64,000 nt of DNA from Gammaproteobacteria bacterium (GCA_015492075.1 WGFU01000032.1:4359-68358); one strand, 5' to 3'; numbered from the stretch's first letter, positions 8,216-19,282 are shown. Notes: generated by a model from the sequence alone, not told the origin. A program made the numbers and translations.

Positions 8216-10303
8216 ATGACGGTTTCGCAGCGAACACAAGGGTCTTTGAGAGGATGTTGCCGCGCAGTAATACTACTGGTTGCGTGCTTGACGGCGTCTC
8301 CGTTGTGGGCCGAGCCGGTGACCTTTAATCTCAAAGAAGCCGACATCACCGCAGTTGCCAGCACCGTTGCCGATATCACCGGTAAAAACTTTGTTATTGA
8401 TCCTCGCGTCAAAGGTAAAGTGACTATTATTTCGTCGCGCCCGATGGAGCGTGACGAAATCTATCAGATCTTTCTGTCCGTCTTGCAGGTACACGGCTTT
8501 GCTGCCATCGAGGCAGGCAACGTCATCAAGATTGTGCCTTCGGCCAACGCCAAGCAGATCGCTGTGCCGCTGGCTACCGATAAAACGCCTGGGCGGCTTG
8601 ATGAGCTGGTGACACGCGTGATTGAACTCAAGAATGTGCCAGCTGCGCAATTAGTGCCGATATTGCGGCCCTTGGTGCCACAGCAAGGCCATTTGGTTGC
8701 CTACCCGCCCAGCAATAGCCTGGTGGTTTCAGATCATGCGGCCAACATCGAACGCTTGTACAAAATTATCCGTCGTATCGACCGACCCAGTGTCGACGAG
8801 ATCGATATTGTCAATTTGCGTAACGCCTCGGCGAGCGAAGTTGTGCGTATTTTGAACTCGCTACAGCAAGGAGGCCAGGGCACTGCCAATCAAGCAGTAT
8901 TGAGTGCTCAACCGACACTGGTTGCAGATGAGCGTACCAACAGCATCTTGATCAGCGGCGAGCCGACCGCCCGTTTGCGCCTGCTGGCGGTGATTTCGCA
9001 TCTCGATACGCCGCTGGAAAGTGGTGGTAACACCCACGTTATTTACCTTCATTATGCCGATGCCCTGGCAATGCGTGATGTGCTAACAGGCGTTAGCGAA
9101 ACCATACGGGAAGAACGGGAAGGCAGCAATGCCGCTGTAGCAGCGCCTTCTTCACCGATTAGTATTCAGGCCGACGAGTCTACCAACGCCTTAGTGATTA
9201 CAGCGCCGCCAGAACAATTTCTTGCCTTGCAAGATGTGATTCGCAAGCTTGATATTCGCCGAGCACAGGTTCAGGTAGAGGCCGTTATTGCTGAGATATC
9301 GGGCCAGACTGCTGCGGCATTGGGTGTGCAATGGCAGTCGACGCAGGACACCTCAAGCAGCGGTGTATTTGGCGGCACCAGCTTTAGCTCGCCGACAGGG
9401 CTGGTGCCGTCGATAGGCAGTGTTTCGGCCAATCCCGCACTGGCCAATAGCGGTGGTGGCTTGGCACTGGGCTTCTTCGACGGTACGACTAGCGTGCTTG
9501 GCACAGATATTCTGAATTTGGGTGCCCTGGTTAATCTGATCAATAACGATACCACTTCAAATCTGTTGGCAACGCCCAATTTGTTAATGCTGGATAATGA
9601 AGAAGCCGAAATTGTTGTCGGCCAGAACGTACCGTTTGTTACCGGGACACAGCAGACGACAGGAGGGTTGTCCAATCCGTTTCAGACCATTCAACGTGAA
9701 GATATTGGCCTCATTTTGCGCGTAACACCGCAGATCAATGAAGGCGATTCCGTTAAGCTCGATATCTTTCAAGAGACCTCGAGTATTAGTAACGCCGCCA
9801 CCTCTGCGTCGGACATTGTTACCAACACGCGCTCGATTCAGACCAGTGTCTTGGTCGAAGACGGCAGCATTGTTGTGCTAGGGGGATTGATCCAGGACAA
9901 TCTGAATGAATCGGTACAGAAAGTCCCAGGCTTGGGCGATCTTCCAGTTCTTGGCAATTTGTTCCGCTTTCGAGAGACCGTGATTGATAAGACGAATACG
10001 ATGGTGTTTTTAAGGCCGCTGATCGTACGTAATGACGAGCATGCACGTTATATTGCAGGGGGTAAATACGATTTTATCCGCGGTAAACAGCAAGAGATTC
10101 GTGATCGCGGAGTTGCGCTCGTTGATGATGAGCTATCACCTTTGTTACCGGACTTTGAAGGCTATCTTGAATTGCCACCACCGTTTGAGAAGGGCGGTAC
10201 CGTGACACCTTATAATATTGGCGATCCCGCTGTCGAGATTCCGCCTCCACTAGAGTTTGTTGTCGAACCTAAAGACCTTGTTCTTGATAGTAGCAAAGGG
10301 TAA
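8216..10303 (+). CDS. gspD: Type II secretion system secretin GspD
   Basis: 695 aa with a signal peptide, N0-N3 domains, and the secretin core VPGLGDLPVLGNLFR. Confidence 0.95.
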   Translation: MTVSQRTQGSLRGCCRAVILLVACLTASPLWAEPVTFNLKEADITAVASTVADITGKNFVIDPRVKGKVTIISSRPMERDEIYQIFLSVLQVHGFAAIEAGNVIKIVPSANAKQIAVPLATDKTPGRLDELVTRVIELKNVPAAQLVPILRPLVPQQGHLVAYPPSNSLVVSDHAANIERLYKIIRRIDRPSVDEIDIVNLRNASASEVVRILNSLQQGGQGTANQAVLSAQPTLVADERTNSILISGEPTARLRLLAVISHLDTPLESGGNTHVIYLHYADALAMRDVLTGVSETIREEREGSNAAVAAPSSPISIQADESTNALVITAPPEQFLALQDVIRKLDIRRAQVQVEAVIAEISGQTAAALGVQWQSTQDTSSSGVFGGTSFSSPTGLVPSIGSVSANPALANSGGGLALGFFDGTTSVLGTDILNLGALVNLINNDTTSNLLATPNLLMLDNEEAEIVVGQNVPFVTGTQQTTGGLSNPFQTIQREDIGLILRVTPQINEGDSVKLDIFQETSSISNAATSASDIVTNTRSIQTSVLVEDGSIVVLGGLIQDNLNESVQKVPGLGDLPVLGNLFRFRETVIDKTNTMVFLRPLIVRNDEHARYIAGGKYDFIRGKQQEIRDRGVALVDDELSPLLPDFEGYLELPPPFEKGGTVTPYNIGDPAVEIPPPLEFVVEPKDLVLDSSKG

Positions 10304-11841
10304 TGACGCAATTATTGGTCTCAGAAGAAAACGCTAGCCCGGCCTTAGTTACAGAGCTTCCAAAACAAGGCGCTAAGCAGCTGCCGTTCAGCTATGCTAA
10401 GCGCAACGGCGTGCTTGTGCTGGCTTATGACAACGATATTGCACAGGTAAGCTGTAGAGAAGGTGATGTCACACCAATGACGATTGCCGAAGTGCGGCGT
10501 TTTGTTGGGCAGGCGATCGCGCTGCAGTTAGTTTCACGCGATGAATTCGATACCTTGCTACGCCAATCTTATGAGCACGGTTCGAGTGAAGCCATGCAAA
10601 TGATGGGTGATATTGGCCAGGATATTGATCTGTCACGCGTGATGCAAGAGCTGCCTGAGCCGGAAGACTTGCTTGAAAGTGAAGATGATGCGCCGATTAT
10701 TCGTTTACTGAATGCCATGTTTACCGAGGCGGTCAGAGAGAGTGCTTCAGATATTCATATCGAGCCTTATGAAAATCGCCTGGCCATTCGTTTTCGTATC
10801 GATGGTGTGCTACGCGAAGTGTTAGAGCCTGACCGCGCCTTGGCGCCGTTGGTTGTTTCACGTATCAAGGTGTTGGCCAAACTCGATATTGCTGAAAAAC
10901 GTTTGCCGCAAGACGGCCGTATTTCAATCAAGATTGCCGGCCACCCGGTAGATGTCCGTGTGTCGACCTTGCCGTCAGGGCATGGTGAGCGAGTTGTCCT
11001 GCGTTTGCTGGATAAGCAAGGTGGCAAGCTGGACCTGGAACATCTCGGTATGGCACCTGATACCATGACCTTGCTCGATAAAATGGTGCACCGGCCACAC
11101 GGTATCGTACTGGTTACCGGGCCTACCGGCTCGGGTAAAACCACTACTCTGTATGCGGCCATGACCCGTATTAATGATAAAAGCCGTAACATTATGACAG
11201 TGGAGGACCCTATCGAGTATTATCTTGACGGTGTCAGCCAAACCCATGTTAATACCAAGGTGGATATGACCTTTGCCCGAGGTTTGCGCGCGATTCTACG
11301 CCAAGACCCCGATGTGGTGATGGTAGGTGAAATTCGCGATGTCGAAACCGCAGAGATAGCGGTGCAAGCGAGCTTGACCGGACATTTGGTCTTGTCGACC
11401 TTGCATACCAACAGCGCTGTGGGTGCAATTACTCGCTTGAGAGACATGGGTATAGAACCGTTTTTACTGGCGTCGAGCTTGCTTGGCGTATTGGCGCAAC
11501 GACTGGTGCGCGTGTTATGCGCTGATTGCAAGCGTCCACGTCCGGCAAGCGCTGCCGATTGCAAACTGATCGGCGTCGACGAACATAAGCCGCCCATTAT
11601 TTACGATGCGGTGGGTTGCAGCAAGTGTAATTATCTGGGTTATCGCGGTCGTGTGGGTGTCTACGAACTGGTGGAAGTGGATGCCACGATTGCGCGTTTG
11701 ATACATGACAGCGCTTCGGAACAGGCCATTGAAAAACAGGCGCGTGAATCAACGCCAAGTATTATTGAAGATGGTATCCAACGAGTGCTTAGTGGCGAGA
11801 CAACGTTGGAAGAGTTGCTTCGTGTGACGCGCGAGGCTTAA
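10303..11841 (+). CDS. gspE: Type II secretion ATPase GspE
   Basis: Walker A GPTGSGKTT, Asp and His boxes, and the tetracysteine motif CADC..CSKC. Confidence 0.95.
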   Translation: MTQLLVSEENASPALVTELPKQGAKQLPFSYAKRNGVLVLAYDNDIAQVSCREGDVTPMTIAEVRRFVGQAIALQLVSRDEFDTLLRQSYEHGSSEAMQMMGDIGQDIDLSRVMQELPEPEDLLESEDDAPIIRLLNAMFTEAVRESASDIHIEPYENRLAIRFRIDGVLREVLEPDRALAPLVVSRIKVLAKLDIAEKRLPQDGRISIKIAGHPVDVRVSTLPSGHGERVVLRLLDKQGGKLDLEHLGMAPDTMTLLDKMVHRPHGIVLVTGPTGSGKTTTLYAAMTRINDKSRNIMTVEDPIEYYLDGVSQTHVNTKVDMTFARGLRAILRQDPDVVMVGEIRDVETAEIAVQASLTGHLVLSTLHTNSAVGAITRLRDMGIEPFLLASSLLGVLAQRLVRVLCADCKRPRPASAADCKLIGVDEHKPPIIYDAVGCSKCNYLGYRGRVGVYELVEVDATIARLIHDSASEQAIEKQARESTPSIIEDGIQRVLSGETTLEELLRVTREA

Positions 11842-11853
11842 TGCATCATTGTT

Positions 11854-13071
11854 ATGGGTGCATTTGAATACACAGCTCTTGATGCTGCTGGGCGCAACAA
11901 GAAAGGCGTACTGGAGGCGGATACCTCACGTCAGATACGGCAAAAGCTGCGTGACCAGGGTTTAGCGCCGCTCACTGTTGTTGAGATTCAGCAAAAAGAA
12001 TCGGCTTCGGCCAAGCAGTTTTCATTTTTGCGCCGCGGTATCAGCGTTGCGGATCTGGCGCTGATCACACGCCAGCTCGCGACCCTGGTCAAGGCTGCGT
12101 TGCCGATTGAAGAAGCCCTGCGAACCGTCTCGCAGCAAACGAGCAGGCCATATATTGAAAGCATGCTGATGGCGGTGCGGGCGCGGATAAAAGAGGGCCA
12201 TACTCTGGCCGATGCCTTGGCCGATTTTCCGCATATTTTCCCTGAGCTTTACCGCATGACGGTGGCAGCGGGTGAGCACTCGGGTCATCTCGATGTCGTG
12301 CTTGAGCGCTTGGCTGATTATACAGAGACCCGCCAGGCCTTAAGGCAAAAAACCCAGCTAGCCTTGATTTATCCGGTTCTTTTGACAGTGGTTGCTGTGT
12401 TAGTGGTGATTGCTTTGCTCACCTTTGTTGTACCGCAAGTGATACAGGTTTTTGACAGTATTGAACAAGAGTTGCCTGTACTCACCCAGATACTGATCGT
12501 AGTGAGTGACTTTTTGCGTGATAATGCTTGGTTGTTAATTGGCGCAGTACTTGGTATCTCGGTACTGGTTGCCAGCACGCTAAAACGTCCGGGGCCTAAG
12601 CGTGCATTTCATAAGCTTTTACTTAAATTACCGATCATCGGCAATCTTGTGCGTGGCACCAGCACAGCGCGTTTTGCCCGCACATTCAGCATTCTCGCGG
12701 CCAGCGGTGTGCCCGCCCTGGAGGCGATGAAAATATCTGCCAAGGTACTAAGCAATATTCCGATGCGAGAAGCGGTAGAGGGCGCCGCCGCGCGCGTACG
12801 TGAAGGTGCAGGCATACATAAATCACTCGAGCGAGCCGGTTACTTCCCGCCGATGACGCTACATTTGATTGCCAGCGGTGAAGCCAGTGGCAATCTGGAT
12901 GCCATGTTGGAGCGCGCATCAACTGCCCAGGAACGAGAAGTTGAAACGATGGTTGCCGCATTTGTTGCCTTGTTTGAACCCTTATTAATCGTAGTGATGG
13001 GCGCCGTTGTGTTGGCGATCGTACTGGCAATATTGCTACCCATATTTGATCTTAACCAATTAGTTAAATAG
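11854..13071 (+). CDS. gspF: Type II secretion inner-membrane platform GspF
   Basis: 405 aa with duplicated GspF domains and three TM segments, in operon position. Confidence 0.95.
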   Translation: MGAFEYTALDAAGRNKKGVLEADTSRQIRQKLRDQGLAPLTVVEIQQKESASAKQFSFLRRGISVADLALITRQLATLVKAALPIEEALRTVSQQTSRPYIESMLMAVRARIKEGHTLADALADFPHIFPELYRMTVAAGEHSGHLDVVLERLADYTETRQALRQKTQLALIYPVLLTVVAVLVVIALLTFVVPQVIQVFDSIEQELPVLTQILIVVSDFLRDNAWLLIGAVLGISVLVASTLKRPGPKRAFHKLLLKLPIIGNLVRGTSTARFARTFSILAASGVPALEAMKISAKVLSNIPMREAVEGAAARVREGAGIHKSLERAGYFPPMTLHLIASGEASGNLDAMLERASTAQEREVETMVAAFVALFEPLLIVVMGAVVLAIVLAILLPIFDLNQLVK

Positions 13072-13083
13072 AGATGGAAGGAA

Positions 13084-13527
13084 ATGTTTATGAGGCTTGA
13101 AGCGAGAAGCGGCGGACGTTTGCAAAGCGGTTTCACCTTGATCGAAATCATGGTGGTGGTGGTCATTCTTGGTATTCTAGCGGCAGTGGTTGCGCCACGA
13201 ATATTTGATCGGCCTGATCAAGCCCGTATTGTCAAAGCCAAACAAGACATACGCGTTATAGAGAATGCATTAAACCTGTATCGTCTGGATAATTTTAACT
13301 ACCCTAAGGGTGATACTGGGCTGCGTGCTTTGGTCGAAAAACCGGCAGATGCACCGAACTGGAAAGAAGGCGGTTATCTTGATCGCTTGCCTAAAGATCC
13401 TTGGCAGAACGAATATCAGTATTTAAATCCCGGTGTCCATGGTGCCATCGATATTTTCACTTATGGCCGAGACGGTAGGAGTGGTGGTGAAGATGCCGAT
13501 GCCGATATTGGCAACTGGGATTTGTAG
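13084..13527 (+). CDS. gspG: Major pseudopilin GspG
   Basis: Prepilin cleavage/methylation motif G/FTLIEIMVVVVILGILAA and the conserved LDRLPKDPW. Confidence 0.95.
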   Translation: MFMRLEARSGGRLQSGFTLIEIMVVVVILGILAAVVAPRIFDRPDQARIVKAKQDIRVIENALNLYRLDNFNYPKGDTGLRALVEKPADAPNWKEGGYLDRLPKDPWQNEYQYLNPGVHGAIDIFTYGRDGRSGGEDADADIGNWDL

Positions 13528-13549
13528 CGCGTAGCGCTGAAGGGTCAGT

Positions 13550-14086
13550 ATGTCTGCCATGCTGCAACGACAACAAGGGTTTACCTTGTTGGAGCTGATA
13601 GTTGTTACCCTAATCATGGGTCTTATAATAGGTGTGGTCAATCTATCTTCAGGTCTTAACCGTCAGCACGATGTGCGAGAAGAAATAGAACGGTTGGCAG
13701 CATTGATTGACTTGGCTGCGCAAGAGTCCATATTTAAGTCCGCGCAGATAGCAGTTGAGTTTGAGGAAAACAGCTATCGGTTTTTGACGTTGGTTGAAAA
13801 CAAGTGGCAGCCTATCGAAGCGGATCGTATTTTGCGTGAACGGCAGCTGCCCGCTGGATTGGAAATAGAATTGTTTGTCGAGGGCGAAAGAAAAGAGGTC
13901 TTTCGTATCGAAGCTGAGGGTTCTGATAACGAGAAAGTGCCGCCACGTATTTTTTTACTGTCAAGTGGCGAGCTAACTCCCTTTGAGGCCAGTCTGAAGA
14001 GCAGTGATGGCGATACCTTGTACACCCTGATTGGCCACATCAACGGCCAGTTAGAGATAGAAAAGAGCAATGCCAGGCCAGGTTAG
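13550..14086 (+). CDS. gspH: Minor pseudopilin GspH
   Basis: QGFTLLELIVV prepilin motif, in operon order. Confidence 0.85.
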   Translation: MSAMLQRQQGFTLLELIVVTLIMGLIIGVVNLSSGLNRQHDVREEIERLAALIDLAAQESIFKSAQIAVEFEENSYRFLTLVENKWQPIEADRILRERQLPAGLEIELFVEGERKEVFRIEAEGSDNEKVPPRIFLLSSGELTPFEASLKSSDGDTLYTLIGHINGQLEIEKSNARPG

Positions 14087-14484
14087 TGCATATGTCCGAG
14101 TTAAAGATACTTTCACGGTTTTCTCACGAAAAAGGTTTTACCCTTATCGAAGTGATTATTGCCTTGGCTGTTATCGCAATTTCGATGGCTGCAGTGATTA
14201 ATGGCGTTGGTAAAAATGTTAGTAATGCCAGCTATCTTCGTGAAAAGACATTGGCGCATTGGGTCGCCTTAAACAAGGTTGTGGAAATTCAGTTAAGTGA
14301 TGTTGCCATTGATGCCAGTGAAAAAAAAGGTGAAACGACTCTGGCCGATCTGCGTTGGCAGTGGCATGTGAAAATCAGCAATACCGACATCGAAGCCATC
14401 AAACGCCTAACGATCGAAATTCAGCGCGAAGATGGCAATGAACCCTTGGCAACCGTTATCGCTTACGTTGGGCAGGAGTCATGA
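14086..14484 (+). CDS. gspI: Minor pseudopilin GspI
   Basis: KGFTLIEVIIALAV prepilin motif, in operon order. Confidence 0.85.
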   Translation: MHMSELKILSRFSHEKGFTLIEVIIALAVIAISMAAVINGVGKNVSNASYLREKTLAHWVALNKVVEIQLSDVAIDASEKKGETTLADLRWQWHVKISNTDIEAIKRLTIEIQREDGNEPLATVIAYVGQES

Positions 14485-15146
14485 TTTTACCGCGACGTGC
14501 CCCCGTATCGAGCACGGGGCAGGCTCTTGGGGTGCTTGGCCCGGACAAGAATCATGTCAGCGGATTTACTTTACTCGAGCTATTGGTGGCAGTGTCAGTA
14601 TTTGCCGTTATCGCTGCGCTGGCCAGCGGCGGCTTTAACTCCGTCTTGAACACCTCATCTCACAGTAAAGAACAAATGCGACGACTGGCACAGCTACAAA
14701 AGGCGATGACAATCATTGCGCGCGATGTTGAACAAGCGGTGGAACGACCTGTTCGTGATGGTTTTGGGGATCGTTTAGCACCTTTTATTGGTGGGCAGCC
14801 GACCAATTTATTGGAGTTTTCACGTACAGGGCGCCACAATCCTGGTCAGGCGACGCGAAGTCATATTCAGCGCATCGGCTACCGCCATGAAGATAATGTA
14901 CTTTATCGACGAAGCTGGGCAGTGTTAGACCGAGCGCAGGATAGCGAACCGATTGAGTACGAATTGCTTGAAGGCGTTAGTGAGATTGAAATTCGCTACC
15001 TCGACAGTAATCACGAGTGGCAAGATCAATGGCCGCCCTTGCAGGTAGATCAAGATAATGCCTTGCCCAAAGGCCTTGAGATAACCCTAGATATCGAAGG
15101 TCTGGGCGCTATCCCACGTCTGTTTCGCATAAGAGGCTTTTCATGA
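14481..15146 (+). CDS. gspJ: Minor pseudopilin GspJ
   Basis: SGFTLLELLVAVSVF prepilin motif, with a 4-nt overlap with gspI. Confidence 0.85.
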   Translation: MILPRRAPVSSTGQALGVLGPDKNHVSGFTLLELLVAVSVFAVIAALASGGFNSVLNTSSHSKEQMRRLAQLQKAMTIIARDVEQAVERPVRDGFGDRLAPFIGGQPTNLLEFSRTGRHNPGQATRSHIQRIGYRHEDNVLYRRSWAVLDRAQDSEPIEYELLEGVSEIEIRYLDSNHEWQDQWPPLQVDQDNALPKGLEITLDIEGLGAIPRLFRIRGFS

Positions 15147-16165
15147 CAGGCCTGCGTCTGCAAACGGGTGTTGCATTGATTACTGCGCTGATTTTTACCG
15201 CGTTAGTGACTACGTTTGCTGTGGCAATTGCATCACAGCAGCAAATCGATATTCGCCGTACGGGCAATATTCTTAGCAGCGATAGAGCTTATCTTCTGGC
15301 GCTCGGAATTGAAGACTGGGCACGAGACGTCCTGCAAAAAGATATTATTGAAGCCGACGGTGAACTGATTGACCATCTTGGTGAAGACTGGAATATTGCC
15401 TTGCCGCCTATACAGGTTGAAGGTGCTACTGTAACGGGAAGAATTATTGACCTTCAGGGACGGATCAATGTTAACGCCCTGGTGAATAGTAGTGGTGATC
15501 GTGTTGTTGTAGAGGTAGACCGGTTTAAGCGCCTATTAGAATTGTTTGAGTTTGACCCAGACATCGTTGATGCGTTGGTAGACTGGATTGACCCCAATTT
15601 AGACACATCAGGTTTTGCAGGTGCTGAGGATTCACATTATTTAAGTAAACAACCGGCTTATCGAGTGGCTAATGCACCCATGGTGAGTATCAGCGAGCTG
15701 AGATTGGTGGAGGGCTTTAACAATGAGATTTATCGAACCTTAAGACCATTCTTAACGGCATTGCCTGTCGCCGCGCCAACGCCACCACAAGGCAGTCCCC
15801 CTGGTCAGCCTGCAAATAATGGCGCAACGCCGATAAATGTTAATACTGCGCCGCTTGAAATTTTGAGAGTACTGCCGCCTCAAACCATGTCAGAATCGGA
15901 GGCACAAAGTATTATTGATGCAAGGGAAGAAAGTGATCGGGGTTTTGAAAACGTCGACGCTGATTTTCTCAATAATCCGATAGTGGTGGCTACCAACCTG
16001 ACTGTGGCGAATTCAGGAGGGCTATCCGTAGCCAGTGAATATTTTCTGATCGAGAGCACGGTTGTGCTGCCCGATGCGCAGATGCAATTGTTTAGTGTGG
16101 TGCGACGCGACAACGGTAGTAATGGTAATCTAACAGTGCTTATGCGTGGGCAAGGCAGTTACTAA
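15143..16165 (+). CDS. gspK: Minor pseudopilin GspK
   Basis: 340 aa with a GVALITALIF N-terminus and GspK-type length, overlapping gspJ and abutting gspL. Confidence 0.85.
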   Translation: MTGLRLQTGVALITALIFTALVTTFAVAIASQQQIDIRRTGNILSSDRAYLLALGIEDWARDVLQKDIIEADGELIDHLGEDWNIALPPIQVEGATVTGRIIDLQGRINVNALVNSSGDRVVVEVDRFKRLLELFEFDPDIVDALVDWIDPNLDTSGFAGAEDSHYLSKQPAYRVANAPMVSISELRLVEGFNNEIYRTLRPFLTALPVAAPTPPQGSPPGQPANNGATPINVNTAPLEILRVLPPQTMSESEAQSIIDAREESDRGFENVDADFLNNPIVVATNLTVANSGGLSVASEYFLIESTVVLPDAQMQLFSVVRRDNGSNGNLTVLMRGQGSY

Positions 16166-17382
16166 TGGCGACTCTGTTTTTACATCTTAATGCTGAACGC
16201 CGTGATGAGGCGGAATGGTTGTCTCTTGATGACGATATTGGCATGGCCACCGTTCGTCATGGACCTTTATCACTAGCTGCAAATGATGCCAAAGGCGCAC
16301 GCGTTATAGTATTGTTGCCGGGTGTGGACATTACCCTGACAGATGCAGTGGTGCCGACACGCAATAGCCAGCGCATTGCCAAGGTATTACCTTATTTGCT
16401 AGAGGAACGACTGGCTAGCGACGTCGAAGACTTGCACTTTGCCTTTAATAAGCCCGCGACGGGCAATAGTGTTAATGTGGCTGTGATTGCGCGCCAAACG
16501 CTCGATGACTGGTTGCAGTGTTTGCAAGATGCAGGGATACGCCCACATATCATGGTGCCGGACATCTGTGCGGCGCCCTGCTTAGAAGGCAGCTGGTCGC
16601 TGGTCGATGGTGCCGATAGTGTATTGCTGCGCATGGGGCAAAATAATGGGCTTGCCGTAGATCGAGATGTGGCAGTGGAAACCTTGCGCCTAAGTCTCAC
16701 TCTTATGGCGCAAACGCCACCCGAACACATTGTCTACTATCGCTGTGAGGGTGATGAGGTCGATACGCTCGACTTTGCTGACCTCGCGCCTGAGATTGAT
16801 GTTGAAGTCCTTGCGGGCAAGCGCCTTAATCTATTGGCAAAACACTACCATCCCGAGACAGCTATCAACCTGCTGCAGGGTGATTATGGTCGGCATGAAC
16901 AACTTAGCAAGCGTTTTCGCCCCTGGCGAGTAACAGCTGGGATTGCTGCGCTTTGTTTAATTTTATTCGGCGCCTTGAAAGCATTCCACCATATGGATTT
17001 AACAAGGCAGAGCGAACAGCTCACTGCTCAAGTTGATGCGGTATATCAACGAATATTCCCGCAAGCGACTGGTGTCGCCAGTAAAGAACGGGTGCAAAGT
17101 CTACTCAAGAAGCTGAGTAACACGAAAAGAAGTAGCGATGGTTTTCTGGAGTTATTAGCTAAGGCTGGCGGCGAACTAAAAAATACAACGGCGCTAGAGA
17201 TAAGTCGTATTAGTTATAATAACGGCGCACTTAATATTGCGTTAACTTTAGATGGCCTGCAAAGCCTAGATGATTTGAAAACACGTTTGACCAAGGGCGG
17301 CGGTTTGTCTGTCGAGATTCAGTCAGCAAGTTCGCGCAATAATAAAGTCGAAGCGCGCCTACAAATCACGGGTGAACACTGA
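16165..17382 (+). CDS. gspL: Type II secretion protein GspL
   Basis: 405 aa with a cytoplasmic domain, a single TM (ITAGIAALCLILFGAL) and a periplasmic domain, in operon order. Confidence 0.85.
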   Translation: MATLFLHLNAERRDEAEWLSLDDDIGMATVRHGPLSLAANDAKGARVIVLLPGVDITLTDAVVPTRNSQRIAKVLPYLLEERLASDVEDLHFAFNKPATGNSVNVAVIARQTLDDWLQCLQDAGIRPHIMVPDICAAPCLEGSWSLVDGADSVLLRMGQNNGLAVDRDVAVETLRLSLTLMAQTPPEHIVYYRCEGDEVDTLDFADLAPEIDVEVLAGKRLNLLAKHYHPETAINLLQGDYGRHEQLSKRFRPWRVTAGIAALCLILFGALKAFHHMDLTRQSEQLTAQVDAVYQRIFPQATGVASKERVQSLLKKLSNTKRSSDGFLELLAKAGGELKNTTALEISRISYNNGALNIALTLDGLQSLDDLKTRLTKGGGLSVEIQSASSRNNKVEARLQITGEH

Positions 17383-17879
17383 TGAATCAGTGGTGGGCAG
17401 GATTAAGTTCGCGCGAGCAACGCATCATGATTATTGGTGTGATAGCAGCAGGACTGACGCTAGTATATTTACTGGCGGTGGAACCCTTTGTTAAGCACAT
17501 GCAGGAACTGGATACGTCTATCAGGGAACAAACAGAGTTATTGCAGTGGATGCAACATAGTGAGCAGCAGATCAACACCTTGCGCGCTGATACCGGGTCA
17601 CCAGGTCGGCGCGTTTCATCAGAAGGTGGTTCTTTATTGGCTTTGGTCGATCAAACCGCAAAGCGTAGTAAACTGGGCAAGGCGATCAAGCGTGTGGAAC
17701 CAGAAGGAAGCCAGGGTGTTCGGCTCTGGTTGGAACAGGCGTCCTTTGATAGCGTGCTGCTTTGGTTGGAAAAAATCAAACGAGAGTATGGTATCGAAGT
17801 AAGTCGAATAAATATTGAGCAGCTCGATAGCCCGGGCTTGGTGAATGCGCGGATTTCTTTAGCTCGGGGCGGGACATGA
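17382..17879 (+). CDS. gspM: Type II secretion protein GspM
   Basis: 165 aa with an N-terminal TM, in operon order after gspL. Confidence 0.8.
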   Translation: MNQWWAGLSSREQRIMIIGVIAAGLTLVYLLAVEPFVKHMQELDTSIREQTELLQWMQHSEQQINTLRADTGSPGRRVSSEGGSLLALVDQTAKRSKLGKAIKRVEPEGSQGVRLWLEQASFDSVLLWLEKIKREYGIEVSRINIEQLDSPGLVNARISLARGGT

Positions 17880-18679
17880 AGCAGCTAATTAAGCTCAGTA
17901 TTATCGCCTTGGCTGCCTATGTAGTTTTTTTGTTTGTCACATTCCCAGCACAGCGCGCCTATGACTATTTTGCCGAGCAATTACCACCAACAATAAAAGT
18001 CTATGGTATTAAGGGTACAGTATGGTCAGGCAACGTTGAGCTGCTAACCCTTGCGTCACAACACTATCGCAATGCACGCTGGCATTTTCAGCCGCGATCT
18101 TTGTTAACGGGTCAGGCATTGTTTCAATTGGATTTTGATAATGGTCAAAGCCAGATTAAGGGTGGCGTGGGGGTCGATATTTCCCGCAACCTAGTGTTGA
18201 AAAATCTGGTCTTACAACAAGAACTGATCGATATTCAGGCATTGATGCAGAGTCCGGCGACAGTTGGTGGAAAAATAAGTGGTCGCTTTGAAAGCTTGGT
18301 AGCGAGCCGTAACAAGATGAGTAAGGCGAAGGCCAACTTTGTATTACGTGATGTCGCCTTGTTGCTACCCCGACGCACCGAATGGGGCGACTTCAAACTG
18401 GTAGTTGATAGTGCTGATGTTAAGACATCGATCAAAATTAATGATCAAGGCGGCCCTTTATTGGTGGAAGGCTCGATCACCATCGATACGGATAACCAAT
18501 ATGATGTTTCCCTTGCTATTGCCGCAGCCAGTGGCGCATCGAATGATTTGATACAGGGTATTGGATTATTTGGCCGACCCGCTAACGACGGCAAAATCCA
18601 TTTAAAATATAGCGGTAGTTTGACTGAGTTGCTGGGAGACAATAAGGTCAAAGCAACAGCGAACGATAAGCCTGTATAA
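17876..18679 (+). CDS. gspN: Type II secretion protein GspN
   Basis: 267 aa with an N-terminal TM. It is the last gsp gene, overlaps gspM by 4 nt, and has the size and position typical of GspN. Confidence 0.7.
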   Translation: MKQLIKLSIIALAAYVVFLFVTFPAQRAYDYFAEQLPPTIKVYGIKGTVWSGNVELLTLASQHYRNARWHFQPRSLLTGQALFQLDFDNGQSQIKGGVGVDISRNLVLKNLVLQQELIDIQALMQSPATVGGKISGRFESLVASRNKMSKAKANFVLRDVALLLPRRTEWGDFKLVVDSADVKTSIKINDQGGPLLVEGSITIDTDNQYDVSLAIAAASGASNDLIQGIGLFGRPANDGKIHLKYSGSLTELLGDNKVKATANDKPV

Positions 18680-18709
18680 TACATACAGCTTCTAATATTA
18701 CCATTTCTA

Positions 18710-19282
18710 ATGTCTTCTTCGCCCTCTACAGTCAGACGTTTGTATCTGGGGATTGACCAGTTTAGTGAACTGTGTGGCCGCGCCGTGTCATGGCTGGTGC
18801 TGGTGATGACCTTATTGATTGCCTACGATGTCATCATGCGCTATTTTTTTCAGAGTGGATCGGTGGCACTTCAGGAACTCGAATGGCATCTTTTCGCTGT
18901 CATCTTTTTGTTTGGTTCTGCCTACACATTAAAACATCAAGATCATGTTTGTGTTGATATCTTGGCGCAACGTAGGTGGATGACAAGAAAAGTTCATGCC
19001 TGGATCTATCTACTCTGCACCGTATTTTTCCTATTACCCTTTTGTCTGCTGATTATTTACAGCAGTTGGGATTATGTCGCCAACTCCTACAATATTCTGC
19101 CACATGGCGAGCGTTCTCCAGACCCGGGTGGTCTGCCCTATCGTTATTTACTCAAGGCGGCGATACCGACTGCATTTTTTCTTTTACTCATACAGGGTCT
19201 TAGTCTGGCTCTACGTAGTTATGCCGTACTGTCAGGGGATGAGTCAGCCTTGCCAGATCCACAACATAGCGAAGGCGTGTAA
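18710..19282 (+). CDS. TRAP transporter small permease (DctQ-like)
   Basis: 190 aa with four TM segments, immediately followed by the large permease. Confidence 0.85.
   Translation: MSSSPSTVRRLYLGIDQFSELCGRAVSWLVLVMTLLIAYDVIMRYFFQSGSVALQELEWHLFAVIFLFGSAYTLKHQDHVCVDILAQRRWMTRKVHAWIYLLCTVFFLLPFCLLIIYSSWDYVANSYNILPHGERSPDPGGLPYRYLLKAAIPTAFFLLLIQGLSLALRSYAVLSGDESALPDPQHSEGV

Noticed and set aside
7244-18679. The T2SS cluster as a possible novel secretion system
   Set aside because: The gene content and order (C-D-E-F-G-H-I-J-K-L-M-N) are canonical. The only absences are gspO (normally supplied by pilD elsewhere) and gspAB, which are common situations.
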